Positions 7,949-17,447 of a stretch of DNA of 42,198 bases are shown one piece after another. Made by a program: the position numbers and the translations under genes. Under the pieces are notes generated by a model. It was not told the DNA's origin. It did no database searches and saw only the letters and a program-made list of their open reading frames with translations. The number at the start of each line of letters is the position of its first letter. Position 1 is the first letter of the stretch. The DNA is from a virus. The stretch spans positions 1 to 42,198 of the IMG/VR virus record IMGVR_UViG_3300045988_036440; one strand, 5' to 3'.

Positions 7949-8361
7949 GCTGCGGTATTCACCTCCGTGCTTGCCTGCATTTCGCCGTAGATCGTGGAGA
8001 CGGTAAAGGATGCTGTCATGGCCTGTCCCTGCACCGTGTAAGAAAAGTCCTTCACGCCGGTTACCCGGTCGTCCACGGTCAGGGCCTCTTCCAGGCGGCG
8101 TTGCAGTTCGGCAGCCACATAGCCCGGGGCTTGCCCCAGCAGCCCCTCCCACTCCATGCCGCTGTAAGAGCGGAAGATCTGCCAGCGATAACGTTCCACG
8201 TTCAGAATGATGGTCACGGCCTGTTTTACGGCCTCATACCCATCACATTCCCCGGTGATGCGGCCAGATGTCTGGTCAATGAACCAGGTTCTGGACGGCT
8301 GAGAAACGTACTCCACGCCGCCGGAAAGGTCGATGGACGGTCCTGTAGGAAGCGTAGCCAT
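7945..8361 (-). CDS. Baseplate wedge protein, XkdS/DUF2634 (gp25-like)
   Basis: 138 aa. Its position between the XkdR-like and XkdT-like genes, and the ...FIDQTSGRI...AVKQAV pattern. Confidence 0.6.
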   Translation of the reverse strand: MATLPTGPSIDLSGGVEYVSQPSRTWFIDQTSGRITGECDGYEAVKQAVTIILNVERYRWQIFRSYSGMEWEGLLGQAPGYVAAELQRRLEEALTVDDRVTGVKDFSYTVQGQAMTASFTVSTIYGEMQASTEVNTAA

Positions 8362-8870
8362 TACGAATCACCTCCGTATACTCGGGAAAGAACAATAAAC
8401 TTCTGGCCGCTCTGAACGCGGAGGAGCAGCACTTTGTCCCCGGCTTTCAGGGCCGGGTTCAGGATGATGTAGTTCTTATCCTTGCTCAAAGGCAGCGCAG
8501 CGCCGTTTTCCCAGCCCACAAAATTTTCTGCCTGCACTTTTGCATCAAATCCATCCGGCAGGGCCGACCACTCCGTGAAGTAGGGCGGAGCCGTGAACGC
8601 GTCCTCGCTGGGGCCGGACGGCGTTGCGTGCTTGTGCAGCAGGATCTTGATCTCGTGCCGGTGGCGCAGGATGGGAATTTTCTTTTCAATGACAGGCTCT
8701 GCCAGATAGAGCACAGCCTGCTTCAGCGGGGCCATTGCTTCGCTGATCTGGATCTCCAGCTCATCATCATCCGGTGGGGCTTTTGTCACTGTGCCGATCT
8801 GCAGGTCTGTGGGCTGCCCGGCATCGTTGGTCTGCCGGTAGATCTCCTGCAATACTGCCAGTAAATCCAC
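8361..8870 (-). CDS. Baseplate spike/plug protein, XkdR/DUF2577-like
   Basis: 169 aa. Synteny with the PBSX xkdQ-R-S-T-U block. Confidence 0.55.
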   Translation of the reverse strand: MDLLAVLQEIYRQTNDAGQPTDLQIGTVTKAPPDDDELEIQISEAMAPLKQAVLYLAEPVIEKKIPILRHRHEIKILLHKHATPSGPSEDAFTAPPYFTEWSALPDGFDAKVQAENFVGWENGAALPLSKDKNYIILNPALKAGDKVLLLRVQSGQKFIVLSRVYGGDS

Positions 8871-8882
8871 TCTTCTCCCTCC

Positions 8883-9851
8883 TTACAGTGCTTTTGCTTC
8901 CAGTTCCATGGTGTGCTCGTCATTTTTGAAGGTGTGTTCCGCCTTTTCCAGCATGACATACCGTTTGAACGGTTCGCCGTCCAGATCGGACAAGTTCACC
9001 AGGATCAGCGCCCCCGCCCGCAGGCCCGGCACGCCCAGAGAAGAGAACTTGAGCTGCTGCAATACCCGGTTGTAATACTCCAGGCTCACTTTCGCCTGCT
9101 CCTTTACCTGAGCATCGTTGGCGGCCTCGTCCACGGTCTGGTACAGCTGCAAAAGGCCCCACTTCCCGATATGTTCCGAATCCTTCATCACAAATACATC
9201 CGCCTTTCCCGTCTTCTGATTGGGCCGGGCCAGCTTGATGCTGTTGTAGGTCTGGGTGTCGATGGAGGAATCGAAGGTGTAATTCGTCATCAGGCTGTAA
9301 TCACCGATGACGATATCGGTTTTCAGGTCGTTGGCCTCCTTGAGAGCCAGCCCGTCGCCGGAATCGTAGAACACATAGACCTTGCCGGTGTTGAGCAGGG
9401 TCTTTTGCAAGGCGGTGTTGATGATGTCGATGCAGCTTTTGTCCTGCATGATGAGGGAGGGCAGCTTATAGCCGGTGTCAGCCAGCTCGCCCACGTCCAG
9501 CTCAAAGTCCTCCGCGATCTGCTTGATGATGTCCCCGGCGCTCTGGCCGTAGAAGGAGTAGCTGGCGTTGGCCTTGAGATACCGGATGCGGTCATAGCAG
9601 ACCACGTCCACAGGCCCCCAGCGGTCAAAGCCACGGGTGAACACCCAGCCGTAAAACTGAAGCTGACCATCCACGGAAAAGCGGATCACGTCTCCCTCTT
9701 CCAGCTTGGATTCCGGGGTGCGAAGATAGGTAAAGGTCAGCTTGCCCGGCTGACCGGTGCGCTGGGTAGACCAGACCACCTGCGTGGTGCTGTTCGTCAG
9801 GTTCAGGGTGTTTCCGGTGGCTTTCTGAGCGGCCAAAAGCTCATAGGTCAT
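8883..9851 (-). CDS. Tail hub / late-control-D-like protein (XkdQ-like)
   Basis: Start at MTYELLAAQ (ATG 9851, RBS GGAGGTGGAAGG, ATGA overlap). 322 aa, in syntenic position. Confidence 0.65.
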   Translation of the reverse strand: MTYELLAAQKATGNTLNLTNSTTQVVWSTQRTGQPGKLTFTYLRTPESKLEEGDVIRFSVDGQLQFYGWVFTRGFDRWGPVDVVCYDRIRYLKANASYSFYGQSAGDIIKQIAEDFELDVGELADTGYKLPSLIMQDKSCIDIINTALQKTLLNTGKVYVFYDSGDGLALKEANDLKTDIVIGDYSLMTNYTFDSSIDTQTYNSIKLARPNQKTGKADVFVMKDSEHIGKWGLLQLYQTVDEAANDAQVKEQAKVSLEYYNRVLQQLKFSSLGVPGLRAGALILVNLSDLDGEPFKRYVMLEKAEHTFKNDEHTMELEAKAL

Positions 9852-10675
9852 CCTTCCACCTCCTGCAGGCTGTTCTCCGGCATCCAACCCAGCACAGTGC
9901 CGCCGGTGTCTGCCACGCAGACGGGGCATGGCCGGGAGCGGTCGATGATGCGCCGCACCACAACGATCTGGCCATGGATGCTGGTCAGAACTTCCTCCCC
10001 GCTGCCGGTACCGTAGACTTTCCCGGTGGCTTTCCGTCTGGCCCCCACAACGAGCTTGTCTGAGGGGGTGCTTCTGGTTGGGGTCAGAGAGAGCTTTACA
10101 GAGCCTGCGGCATCCACCGCAGTGTTTACCGCCGTAGCTGCTGAAACAGCCCGTGCGGCCACGCTGGCCACGTCAGAGACGATGCTGGCCGGGGAAAAGG
10201 TTCCGGTCTGGCCAGCGCCCCGCACAACAGCCCTCTGCGGGGAGTAATCCTTGTACTCTGTCAGGCTCAGGTCAAAATAGAAATCTCCCGTCTCCGCGCC
10301 GCGCTCCTCTGCCTTGAAACTGGTAACGAGACACCGAAAGCCCAGGCTCGGCCCCAGGAACGGTACGCCGTTCTCATAGAACCGGACGGGCGTGTAGACG
10401 ATGGGGGACTTTTTCTTCATGGCGGTGGTGAAGAACGCCATATAAACCGCCGGGGGCAGATGAATGCCGGTCTGGCCCGGCAGCCGCCGCCCGGGCAGCA
10501 GGCCCGAAATGGACACGGTGCGCAGGTTCGGCGTGCGGGGCTGCATGATGGGGCCAAGGCCCAACACGTTATAAGTTCCGTTGTCGGCAGAAAGGGTCTC
10601 CGGCAGCTTTTCCGGGTTGATGGGCAGAGCGATCACCGTTGCGCCGCTGGAAAAGTAAAGTTTGTACAGGGACAT
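9848..10675 (-). CDS. Tail/baseplate protein in the XkdP position (275 aa)
   Basis: ORF directly after the tape measure gene and coupled to the next gene. Function inferred from synteny only. Confidence 0.5.
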   Translation of the reverse strand: MSLYKLYFSSGATVIALPINPEKLPETLSADNGTYNVLGLGPIMQPRTPNLRTVSISGLLPGRRLPGQTGIHLPPAVYMAFFTTAMKKKSPIVYTPVRFYENGVPFLGPSLGFRCLVTSFKAEERGAETGDFYFDLSLTEYKDYSPQRAVVRGAGQTGTFSPASIVSDVASVAARAVSAATAVNTAVDAAGSVKLSLTPTRSTPSDKLVVGARRKATGKVYGTGSGEEVLTSIHGQIVVVRRIIDRSRPCPVCVADTGGTVLGWMPENSLQEVEG

Positions 10676-10685
10676 CTCTTTCTCC

Positions 10686-12692
10686 TTACTGCACGGTGAC
10701 GGTGCTGCCTGCGTTCATCATATCCAACAGAAGGTCCCGCAGGTTGTCTGCCAGATCTCGGGCATCCTTTTCGGTGTTGCCGGTGTTCTGCCCCTGCACA
10801 GTGATCATGGGGGTCTGGCTTGTCAGGTTGACATTGTTGACGTACTTGCGCTCTGCCACATCCACCAGCATCTTGATCTGCTCATCGGACAGGTCAACGG
10901 TTTTGGCGATCTTGCCGGTGTTCTTGTCGATGTTGCCCAGCAACTCATTGGCGCTTGTAGCTTGCGGAATTTCCAAATTTCCCGTTCCTGTGCTTCCAAA
11001 CATGCTGGAAGCACCCAGATTTGATCCCCACTTATATCCGCTTGCATAAGCGGAATCGAGGTCTTTTGCTGTCCACGGTTTGACGACTTCCTTATAGTCG
11101 TTCGTCCAAACTTCCCACTTGCGGGCGTTTTGAAACTGTGAAATTGTGTTATCCGCACGGGTCACCCAATCAACATCAACGCCCGGCAGAAGGTTCACCA
11201 CGCCTTGTGCGGCCTGAAGAATTCCCTTCAATGCGTTCATCACATTGATACACAGGTCATAGAACGCAATCTTAATCGTTGCAATCGGGTTGTTGAACAC
11301 ATTCGCCAGAAAGTTAGCGACTGCCGCAAATGCATTTTGCATTGGAAGCAGAACGGAGTTAAAAATAAACGCTCCAGCTTCTGCCAAGGAACCGGCGACT
11401 ATTCCCGCCGCTGCCCTTGCGCTTCCAGCATATCGAACGAATGCGCTTGCAAGGCCCAAAATAACAGGAGCAAGAAGTGCAGCAATTCCAAGCGGAACCG
11501 CAAATGCGGCAAGTGTTGCAATTTTACTTGCATTTGCCGCAATTGTAACAACGCCAAGTGCCGCTGCAAAAGCCAGCGCCGCCGGGGCGATGCTTTCCAT
11601 GTTATTGGCCACCCAGTTGATGGCCGTCAGCAGCGGTTCAAGCGCCCGGACGGCGGTATTGCTTGCCACCGTCCAGACCTGCGCCCAGGTCATGGGGGTC
11701 TTTTCAAACTCCGCGTTCGTGTCCTTGGCCGCCGCAAACAGTGCGTTTTTCACAATGTCGGCAGTGATCTGTCCCTGAGAGCCCATCTCGCGCAGTTCGC
11801 CCACGCTGACTTGCATATAGTCTGCAATGGACTTTGCCAGAGCCGGGGCCTGCTCCATCACGCTGTTCAGCTCATCGCCGCGCAGCACGCCGGATGCAAG
11901 TCCCTGTTCCAGCTGGAGGATCGCGGCCTGCGCAGACGAACCGGACGCACCGGAAAGGGCCAGCTGCTTGTTCAGCTGCTCTGCGAACTGCACGATCTCT
12001 TTGGAGCTGTTGAACGCATCACCGGCCATTGTGCCAAGCTGGGAGACCAGCCCCATGGTATCGGTAAAACTGCCCCGGGAACGCTGGGCCGACTGGTAGA
12101 TCATCGTTTCCAGCTCCTGCGTGGTCTGCAGGCCGTCGTTCATTCGGTCAAGCCGGGCACGCATGGAGACCAGACTGTCAGACAGGTCAACGGCCTTTTT
12201 CAGGCCCTGAATGCTGACATAGGACGTGGCCAGCCGGAGAACCGAAGATGTCAGGGAGTTGGTGACGCTTTGCGCCATATTTTCCTGCTCCTGCAGCCGC
12301 TTTGTAGCTGCTGCAGCCTCATCTTTGGCCGATGCCGCCACACTGGCAGCGTTTTCAGCTGCTTTCATGGATTGGGTCAGGGTCTGCTGCTGCGCTTCCA
12401 GCCCTCGAATGGTTGCGCCTAATTTCTCGGTCTGGGTGTCCAACTTTTTGAACGCTTCCGTGTTCTGCTGCCCAGCGGCTACCATTTCTTCCTGCTGTGC
12501 CACATACGATTCAAACTTTGCATTCGCAGAGATCAGCTGCCGAGAAACGCTGTTCAGAACAGACTGATAGTTCCGGGCTGCGGTCTGTGCCGCTGTGGTA
12601 GAGCTTGATGCTCTCTGTGCGGCCTGAATGTATGCGCCAAAGGAAGAGGAAAACTGATCCTGAAGGACAAGCGTTTCCTGAATTTTAGCCAT
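10686..12692 (-). CDS. Tail tape measure protein (668 aa)
   Basis: Long Ala/Gln-rich helical N-terminus. Core motif AAILQLEQGLASGVLRGDELNSVMEQAPALAKSIADYM. Hydrophobic middle segment. Position after the chaperone gene. Confidence 0.9.
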   Translation of the reverse strand: MAKIQETLVLQDQFSSSFGAYIQAAQRASSSTTAAQTAARNYQSVLNSVSRQLISANAKFESYVAQQEEMVAAGQQNTEAFKKLDTQTEKLGATIRGLEAQQQTLTQSMKAAENAASVAASAKDEAAAATKRLQEQENMAQSVTNSLTSSVLRLATSYVSIQGLKKAVDLSDSLVSMRARLDRMNDGLQTTQELETMIYQSAQRSRGSFTDTMGLVSQLGTMAGDAFNSSKEIVQFAEQLNKQLALSGASGSSAQAAILQLEQGLASGVLRGDELNSVMEQAPALAKSIADYMQVSVGELREMGSQGQITADIVKNALFAAAKDTNAEFEKTPMTWAQVWTVASNTAVRALEPLLTAINWVANNMESIAPAALAFAAALGVVTIAANASKIATLAAFAVPLGIAALLAPVILGLASAFVRYAGSARAAAGIVAGSLAEAGAFIFNSVLLPMQNAFAAVANFLANVFNNPIATIKIAFYDLCINVMNALKGILQAAQGVVNLLPGVDVDWVTRADNTISQFQNARKWEVWTNDYKEVVKPWTAKDLDSAYASGYKWGSNLGASSMFGSTGTGNLEIPQATSANELLGNIDKNTGKIAKTVDLSDEQIKMLVDVAERKYVNNVNLTSQTPMITVQGQNTGNTEKDARDLADNLRDLLLDMMNAGSTVTVQ

Positions 12693-13283
12693 TTCGTCCC
12701 GCCTCCTTCATTCGCTGGGTCTCCTCTCTGCGCTTCTCCATGGAGCGCAAAGCAAATGCCCTTACCAGCGCCTTTTCACGCGCCGGCAGGGCATCGTACT
12801 TGCCGGGGGACCAGCTGAGGTTATCGAAGCAGTAGTATGCCACCAGCACGTCGATATCCCAACTGCCCCCGGAAATCAGTTTTTTGCCTCTTCGTCCAGG
12901 CTCTTGTCAAAGCCGGAGAGCTTGCTCACGGCATCGATCAGGCGGCCAAACTCACCGGCCAGAAGCATCTTGCCGGGAACCTGAACCGGGTCTTTGGTGC
13001 CGTATTTCTCACACAGCTCCGCGCTGCGGAAATCAGGGAAAACAGTAGCTTCCACGATGGTGCGGGCACTCAGCTCGTTGGCATCAATGGAATCCTGCCA
13101 CTGGCCGTCCACCTTTTTCTGCCGGGTGGCTGCCTTGATGATGGCGGCGTTCTCCTCCTGGGTCAGGGAGCGGATCTTAAAGGGGACAGGCTTGCCGTCC
13201 TCACCCAGAAAGCGCTTGGAGATGATGACTTCCTTTTCCTCGGTGGTGACGGTGGGGTTCAGAAATGCAGAAAGTGCGCTCAT
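12685..13283 (-). CDS. Predicted -1 frameshift fusion product of the tail assembly chaperone (G/GT analogue)
   Basis: After A_AAA_AAC, the -1 frame stays open for 64 codons (LISGGSWDIDVLVAYYCFDN...KEAGRNG). It stops at 12685-12687, overlapping the tape measure ATG. Confidence 0.6.
12876..13283 (-). CDS. Tail assembly chaperone, XkdN-like (135 aa, zero-frame product)
   Basis: Position between the tube and tape measure genes. Ends ...EEAKN on the slippery run A AAA AAC. Confidence 0.75.
   Translation of the reverse strand: MSALSAFLNPTVTTEEKEVIISKRFLGEDGKPVPFKIRSLTQEENAAIIKAATRQKKVDGQWQDSIDANELSARTIVEATVFPDFRSAELCEKYGTKDPVQVPGKMLLAGEFGRLIDAVSKLSGFDKSLDEEAKN
12879..12885 (-). promoter_or_regulatory. 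Slippery heptamer A_AAA_AAC for a programmed -1 ribosomal frameshift
   Basis: The plus strand reads GTTTTTT immediately 5' of the TGA complement at 12876-12878. Confidence 0.6.
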
Positions 13284-13301
13284 AAAAAATACCTCCTAAA
13301 A

Positions 13302-13787
13302 TCAGTTGCTGCCCAGATTGGCAGGGTCGTTGAATGCTTCCAGACGCTTGACGCTGGTATAGCTGAAATTGAAATCGTAGTTCAGCATGGCCTCCTCGTC
13401 GTCCAGAATGGACAGCGGGATATCGCCGGTCAGCACGCAGCCGTAGTAGCCCATCACCTGCGCGCCCACACTGGACGTGGGGTCCTGGTTGGTGATGGTG
13501 ATGTCAAACATGTCCTGCACGCCGTTTTCGATATAGTTCAGCACCATATCGGTGAACAGGTTGGAGCCGTTGGAGCCGAAATAGACGTTGCCGGTGCCGG
13601 TCTGAGTGACACCGTTTGCCTTTTTCTGCACCTTTCGGGTTCCGATGGTCTTCATGTCCGAAGTCTGAATGCCCGCGATGGTCTTGATGTTCCGCATACC
13701 TGCGGCTTCCAGAATGCGGCCGTTCCGGGTGATGGTGATCTTGCCCTCCGCACCGTTCAGGGTGTCCTGAGCCATTAAATAACTCAT
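13302..13787 (-). CDS. Tail tube protein (XkdM-like)
   Basis: 161 aa, directly downstream of the sheath gene. The N-terminus AQDTLNGAEGKITIT resembles XkdM-type tube proteins. Confidence 0.75.
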   Translation of the reverse strand: MSYLMAQDTLNGAEGKITITRNGRILEAAGMRNIKTIAGIQTSDMKTIGTRKVQKKANGVTQTGTGNVYFGSNGSNLFTDMVLNYIENGVQDMFDITITNQDPTSSVGAQVMGYYGCVLTGDIPLSILDDEEAMLNYDFNFSYTSVKRLEAFNDPANLGSN

Positions 13788-13799
13788 CTTTGTTCCTCC

Positions 13800-15143
13800 T
13801 TACGCCACATCCAGAGTGATATAGATCTTGTTGGTGCTGCCCACGGCCTCGATGGCCAGAGTGATGAGCACAGCATCCTTTGCCTCGCCCGCTTCCACAA
13901 TGACATCGGTCTCGCCGTCAAAGTTCTGGATGCCGCCGGATGCCTGGATCTGATCCAGATACTTGACGATGGCGCTCTTGTACTGTCGGCGGCCGTCCTC
14001 GGTGTTGTCCACAATGCCAACATAGCTCTGGGCGAACTGCTTGTACAGATCGTTGGCAATGGTGTTGCACAGCCGCATGGTGCGGTTGTAGCGGTACACC
14101 TCGCCGATCTCGCTGGTATAGGTGACCAGAGAGTTGATGTCATACTCCACCCGGACGGTGCCGTCATCGGCGTTGAACACAAACTTGCCCGCGTTGATGG
14201 CATCCACATACTGGTTGTGGGTCATCTTGGGGGAAACGTCCACCGCGTTGGGAACGGCGGCATTCGTCAGGTCGTTGGCGTAGGTCGCGCCGGAAAGCGC
14301 ACCGCCGACCCACCAGACGGCTTCCTTCGGGGTCAGGGTAGTGCCATCGTTCATTACCAGACCGCTGCACACGTTGACGATAAAGCGGGTGTCAGGGTTG
14401 GTGGCATTGGCTTCTACCAGCTGAGAGAAGCGGCCCACTTCGGTGTTCACGCGCTTGATAAAGGTCTCCATCGCGGTCTTTACGGTGGCATCCTCGCCGT
14501 CGTACAGCATGGAATCGAAGTTGTAGGGCTCGATGTTCGTCAGGTAGGTGCTGTATGCGGCAGAGTTCACCTCGCCGTCCTTGCCGCCGGAAAGCTGGGT
14601 GCCGACATTTGCGGCCAGAGTGCCCGTGCCGCTGAAATCCACCCAGTCATTGCCGGTCAGGTCTGCAACGGTCTTGCCAGTCTGCTGATCCTTCACCACA
14701 CCGTCAACGACCGTGGAGACCTGGAAACTGCCCGCAGGTTCCGTCAGTGCAGTGACGATCACAACGATGTCATTGCCTCGGGATCCGGGAAATTTTGCGG
14801 TAGCCGTCAGCGGGGCGATAGCGCCGGTGGCCTTTGCGCTGTCCGCAGCGGCCGGGCGGTAAAGCAGCAGCTTGGTGGGTGCTGCGGTGCGGTTGGATCC
14901 GCTGAAGATCATGGATGCAAATCGATTGTGTGCGTCTGTGATGTCGTAACCGGTATAAGGGGTCAGGTCATCTCCGGCGGCGATCTCCATCACCTTGCCA
15001 ACGGGACCCCAGCTCATGGGTTCGCAGATCGTGACCTTGCCGCGGTCGCCAACGGTCAGATTCTGCTGGTTCTTGGAGCGAAATTTGAAGTAAATGCCGG
15101 GCCGCACCTTGTTCTGTACAGTCCAGGTTCCGCCTGCTGCCAT
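13800..15143 (-). CDS. Contractile tail sheath protein (XkdK-like)
   Basis: 447 aa. The N-terminus GTWTVQNKVRPGIYFKF is typical of sheath proteins. Synteny supports the call. Confidence 0.85.
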   Translation of the reverse strand: MAAGGTWTVQNKVRPGIYFKFRSKNQQNLTVGDRGKVTICEPMSWGPVGKVMEIAAGDDLTPYTGYDITDAHNRFASMIFSGSNRTAAPTKLLLYRPAAADSAKATGAIAPLTATAKFPGSRGNDIVVIVTALTEPAGSFQVSTVVDGVVKDQQTGKTVADLTGNDWVDFSGTGTLAANVGTQLSGGKDGEVNSAAYSTYLTNIEPYNFDSMLYDGEDATVKTAMETFIKRVNTEVGRFSQLVEANATNPDTRFIVNVCSGLVMNDGTTLTPKEAVWWVGGALSGATYANDLTNAAVPNAVDVSPKMTHNQYVDAINAGKFVFNADDGTVRVEYDINSLVTYTSEIGEVYRYNRTMRLCNTIANDLYKQFAQSYVGIVDNTEDGRRQYKSAIVKYLDQIQASGGIQNFDGETDVIVEAGEAKDAVLITLAIEAVGSTNKIYITLDVA

Positions 15144-15149
15144 AGGGTG

Positions 15150-15305
15150 TCACTCCTTCCAAAATTCTTTCACAGCGGCCTCAGCCTCTGCGAGGGTGTA
15201 AAACGGTTTGTGTAAAACAACAGCCAGAAAATCCGGCTGATACCCCGCAAAACGCGGGTCTTTCAGCAGCACTTCCCGGCTGTATTGGGTGTTATCCTGT
15301 TTCAT
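15150..15305 (-). CDS. Small protein (51 aa) between the tail-completion and sheath genes
   Basis: ATGA overlap with the upstream stop. Translated by hand as MKQDNTQYSREVLLKDPRF...VKEFWKE. Below the ORF-track length cutoff. Confidence 0.5.
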   Translation of the reverse strand: MKQDNTQYSREVLLKDPRFAGYQPDFLAVVLHKPFYTLAEAEAAVKEFWKE

Positions 15306-15751
15306 TGGTCTACCTTCTGGTTTACGGTCTGGGTCTGCATCTTCACTGCGTCCACGGGCTTTTCCACAAAAACACGCAGCTCAAATTTATAATGCAGGCC
15401 GTCATCGTCGATATCCGCGCTGCGCTCGTAGGCGTGCAGGAGCTTTTCCGCTTCTGTTCCATCGGAATAAGGAAATGTTTCCATGCAGAAATCGAGCGCC
15501 TCAGCGGCTTGGTTGTACTGCTGGCGCAGGTCTGTGAGGTTATAGTCCAGCAGATAGGTCAGGTCGAGCCGGATGGTGCGCAGCCAGCGCCCGCCGGGGT
15601 AAGGCTTGATGTCACTGCCCCGCTGCTGGATAAAAATGCAGGGCGGCTCTACGCCTTGCTGTGCAGGGTCTTCCAACATCTGCACGCCGGGCAGGAAGGG
15701 AGCCAGATACTCCGCCAGAGACCGGGCCAGCGTTGTGATGGTAAAGTTCAT
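15302..15751 (-). CDS. Tail-completion / terminator-like protein (XkdJ position)
   Basis: 149 aa, coupled on both sides. Function assigned by synteny only. Confidence 0.5.
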   Translation of the reverse strand: MNFTITTLARSLAEYLAPFLPGVQMLEDPAQQGVEPPCIFIQQRGSDIKPYPGGRWLRTIRLDLTYLLDYNLTDLRQQYNQAAEALDFCMETFPYSDGTEAEKLLHAYERSADIDDDGLHYKFELRVFVEKPVDAVKMQTQTVNQKVDQ

Positions 15752-16248
15752 TTCAGCATCTCTCCCAGCTTGTTCACGGCTTTTTCTGTCTCCACCTTCA
15801 CGGTGTGCTTATAGGCTTCAATGCCAGCGTCTGACATGTGCAGGCCCTCAACATAGGTCGTTTTCGTGCCCACCATCATGCCGCCGGGCTTGCTCATATC
15901 GATCTGCAAGAGACCGCTAGATGGCTCGACTGTAAGGTGCGGCACAAAGTGCTTGTCCATCCGGTGGCCGTCGTTGACGTAGGAGGCATAATTTGCATTA
16001 TTACTCAGGTTCGTCACAAGTTCCCCGCCCAGAAGTCCATAAGGCTCTGTTCGGCTGTCAGTCGCCCAGCGCTGCTTCAGCTCCCCGGTGCGGGTATTGG
16101 TGCCGCTCAGGCTGTCCGCTGTGGGCGGGGTCTTATCCTGCGCCGCTTCCACAGCCCGGAGGGTGGCATTGCGGGCAACGTCTGCAAGCATTTCGGGAAA
16201 AGCGGCCTGCGCCGCTTCCAGCTTCTTGATGTACTCCTGCAGGTTCAT
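15748..16248 (-). CDS. HK97 gp10-family tail-completion protein
   Basis: The motif NNANYASYVNDGH is typical of the HK97 gp10 family. 166 aa. Confidence 0.7.
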   Translation of the reverse strand: MNLQEYIKKLEAAQAAFPEMLADVARNATLRAVEAAQDKTPPTADSLSGTNTRTGELKQRWATDSRTEPYGLLGGELVTNLSNNANYASYVNDGHRMDKHFVPHLTVEPSSGLLQIDMSKPGGMMVGTKTTYVEGLHMSDAGIEAYKHTVKVETEKAVNKLGEMLK

Positions 16249-16628
16249 TTCACACGCTCCTGACTGAGAAGCGTGATCTCCTGATGGGCCAGCCCGGGCA
16301 GCACTGCCCCGAAGGGCTCATAGTACAGGTCAGGGTCCCCGGCAAAATACCGGGTCTCCTGCAGCGCGTATCCCAGCCGCGCCCCTCTGTGGATCACCAG
16401 CTCATCACCGGGCTTGATATCCACATCGATATCGCAGGCCAGCTTGTCCGTTTTCTGGACATTGGCTGCTGTCTGGGTCATCGTCGGGGCCTTGTCCTGG
16501 CTGCGGTACACCCGGCACGGAACACCGGATCGGACGACCTTCCGTTCCTTGCGGGTCAGATTTCCGTCCTTCACGGTTTCCGTGCGCCTGATCTCCATCA
16601 GGTCGGTATACCAGTTACTCCAGTTCAT
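16245..16628 (-). CDS. Head closure / head-tail adaptor protein
   Basis: 127 aa. Assigned by synteny between the DUF4054-like and gp10-like genes. Confidence 0.5.
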   Translation of the reverse strand: MNWSNWYTDLMEIRRTETVKDGNLTRKERKVVRSGVPCRVYRSQDKAPTMTQTAANVQKTDKLACDIDVDIKPGDELVIHRGARLGYALQETRYFAGDPDLYYEPFGAVLPGLAHQEITLLSQERVK

Positions 16629-16637
16629 GGGTGCACC

Positions 16638-17126
16638 TCACATCACAAAAGTTCCGGCCGCACCGATAAAGCGGGCACGGTTTGCCAGCATCTGACCGTA
16701 GGTGGTGGCGTTCAGGTCGCCCCAATCCTCTGTTCCTGCGGTCAGGGCGCTGGTGTCGTAGGTCACGGAGCTGTCACCCAGCGTAGCAGACTTCACCACA
16801 CCCACCAGAGCGCCGGACGCTGCCGCCTGCGCCGGGGTGGCGGTGCTCTCCGCATAGGTGCGCAGCTGCAAAGTGACGTAGTGGGCCACATAAAGCCCCA
16901 CGGCATAATGCCAGCTGTCCAGCCATTTATCAGGCTGAATGCTGACGTTTGCCATTTTCACGATCTCTTCCAGCATCGCATCCGGCAGGTGGCAATTGCC
17001 GTCCGCGTCACAGAACTGCGGGTATTCCGCCTTGAACTGCTCTGCTGTGTAATTGCCCACACTCTGCCCCAGATTTGCGGCCTGCGCAAGAATGCCCTGA
17101 AACTGCGGTTTCATCGTCCAGCACAT
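16638..17126 (-). CDS. Head-tail connector protein, DUF4054-like
   Basis: RBS GAGGAGG 6 nt upstream of the ATG. The pattern DKWLDSWHYAVGLYVAHYVTL resembles DUF4054 phage proteins. Confidence 0.55.
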   Translation of the reverse strand: MCWTMKPQFQGILAQAANLGQSVGNYTAEQFKAEYPQFCDADGNCHLPDAMLEEIVKMANVSIQPDKWLDSWHYAVGLYVAHYVTLQLRTYAESTATPAQAAASGALVGVVKSATLGDSSVTYDTSALTAGTEDWGDLNATTYGQMLANRARFIGAAGTFVM

Positions 17127-17137
17127 GGGCAGCCTCC

Positions 17138-17431
17138 TCAGTCTTCCTGCGGTTCGGAAGGCTTGTCCCAGTCCGCAGTCTTTTTCTTGCGGACGGGCTT
17201 GTCCCAGTCCGCAGTCTTTTTCTTGCGGACGGGCTTGTCTGCGGCATCCTGTACGGCCTTGTCACTGCGGTTCGTGGGCACGATGTCACCATCGGCCACC
17301 AGCGCCTTGAAATAAGCCGTCTCTGCCGCCCAGTCCGGCACTTCGACCAGCTGCTCCCGATGGAGCGGGAAGGTCTGAGAGCCGTCTGCGCTGGGCAGGA
17401 TGATGTTTGCTTTGGAAAGCACAAAAGCCAT
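17138..17431 (-). CDS. Small head-associated protein (97 aa) with a duplicated Lys-rich C-terminal 12-mer
   Basis: Start at MAFVLSK (RBS GGAGGTGG). The C-terminus carries DKPVRKKKTADW twice. Confidence 0.65.
   Translation of the reverse strand: MAFVLSKANIILPSADGSQTFPLHREQLVEVPDWAAETAYFKALVADGDIVPTNRSDKAVQDAADKPVRKKKTADWDKPVRKKKTADWDKPSEPQED
17162..17233. repeat. Perfect 36-bp tandem duplication (2 copies plus a 6-nt partial third), in frame
   Basis: The unit CTTGTCCCAGTCCGCAGTCTTTTTCTTGCGGACGGG was read twice in succession. Confidence 0.9.
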
Positions 17432-17447
17432 TTCTGCCACCTCCTGA

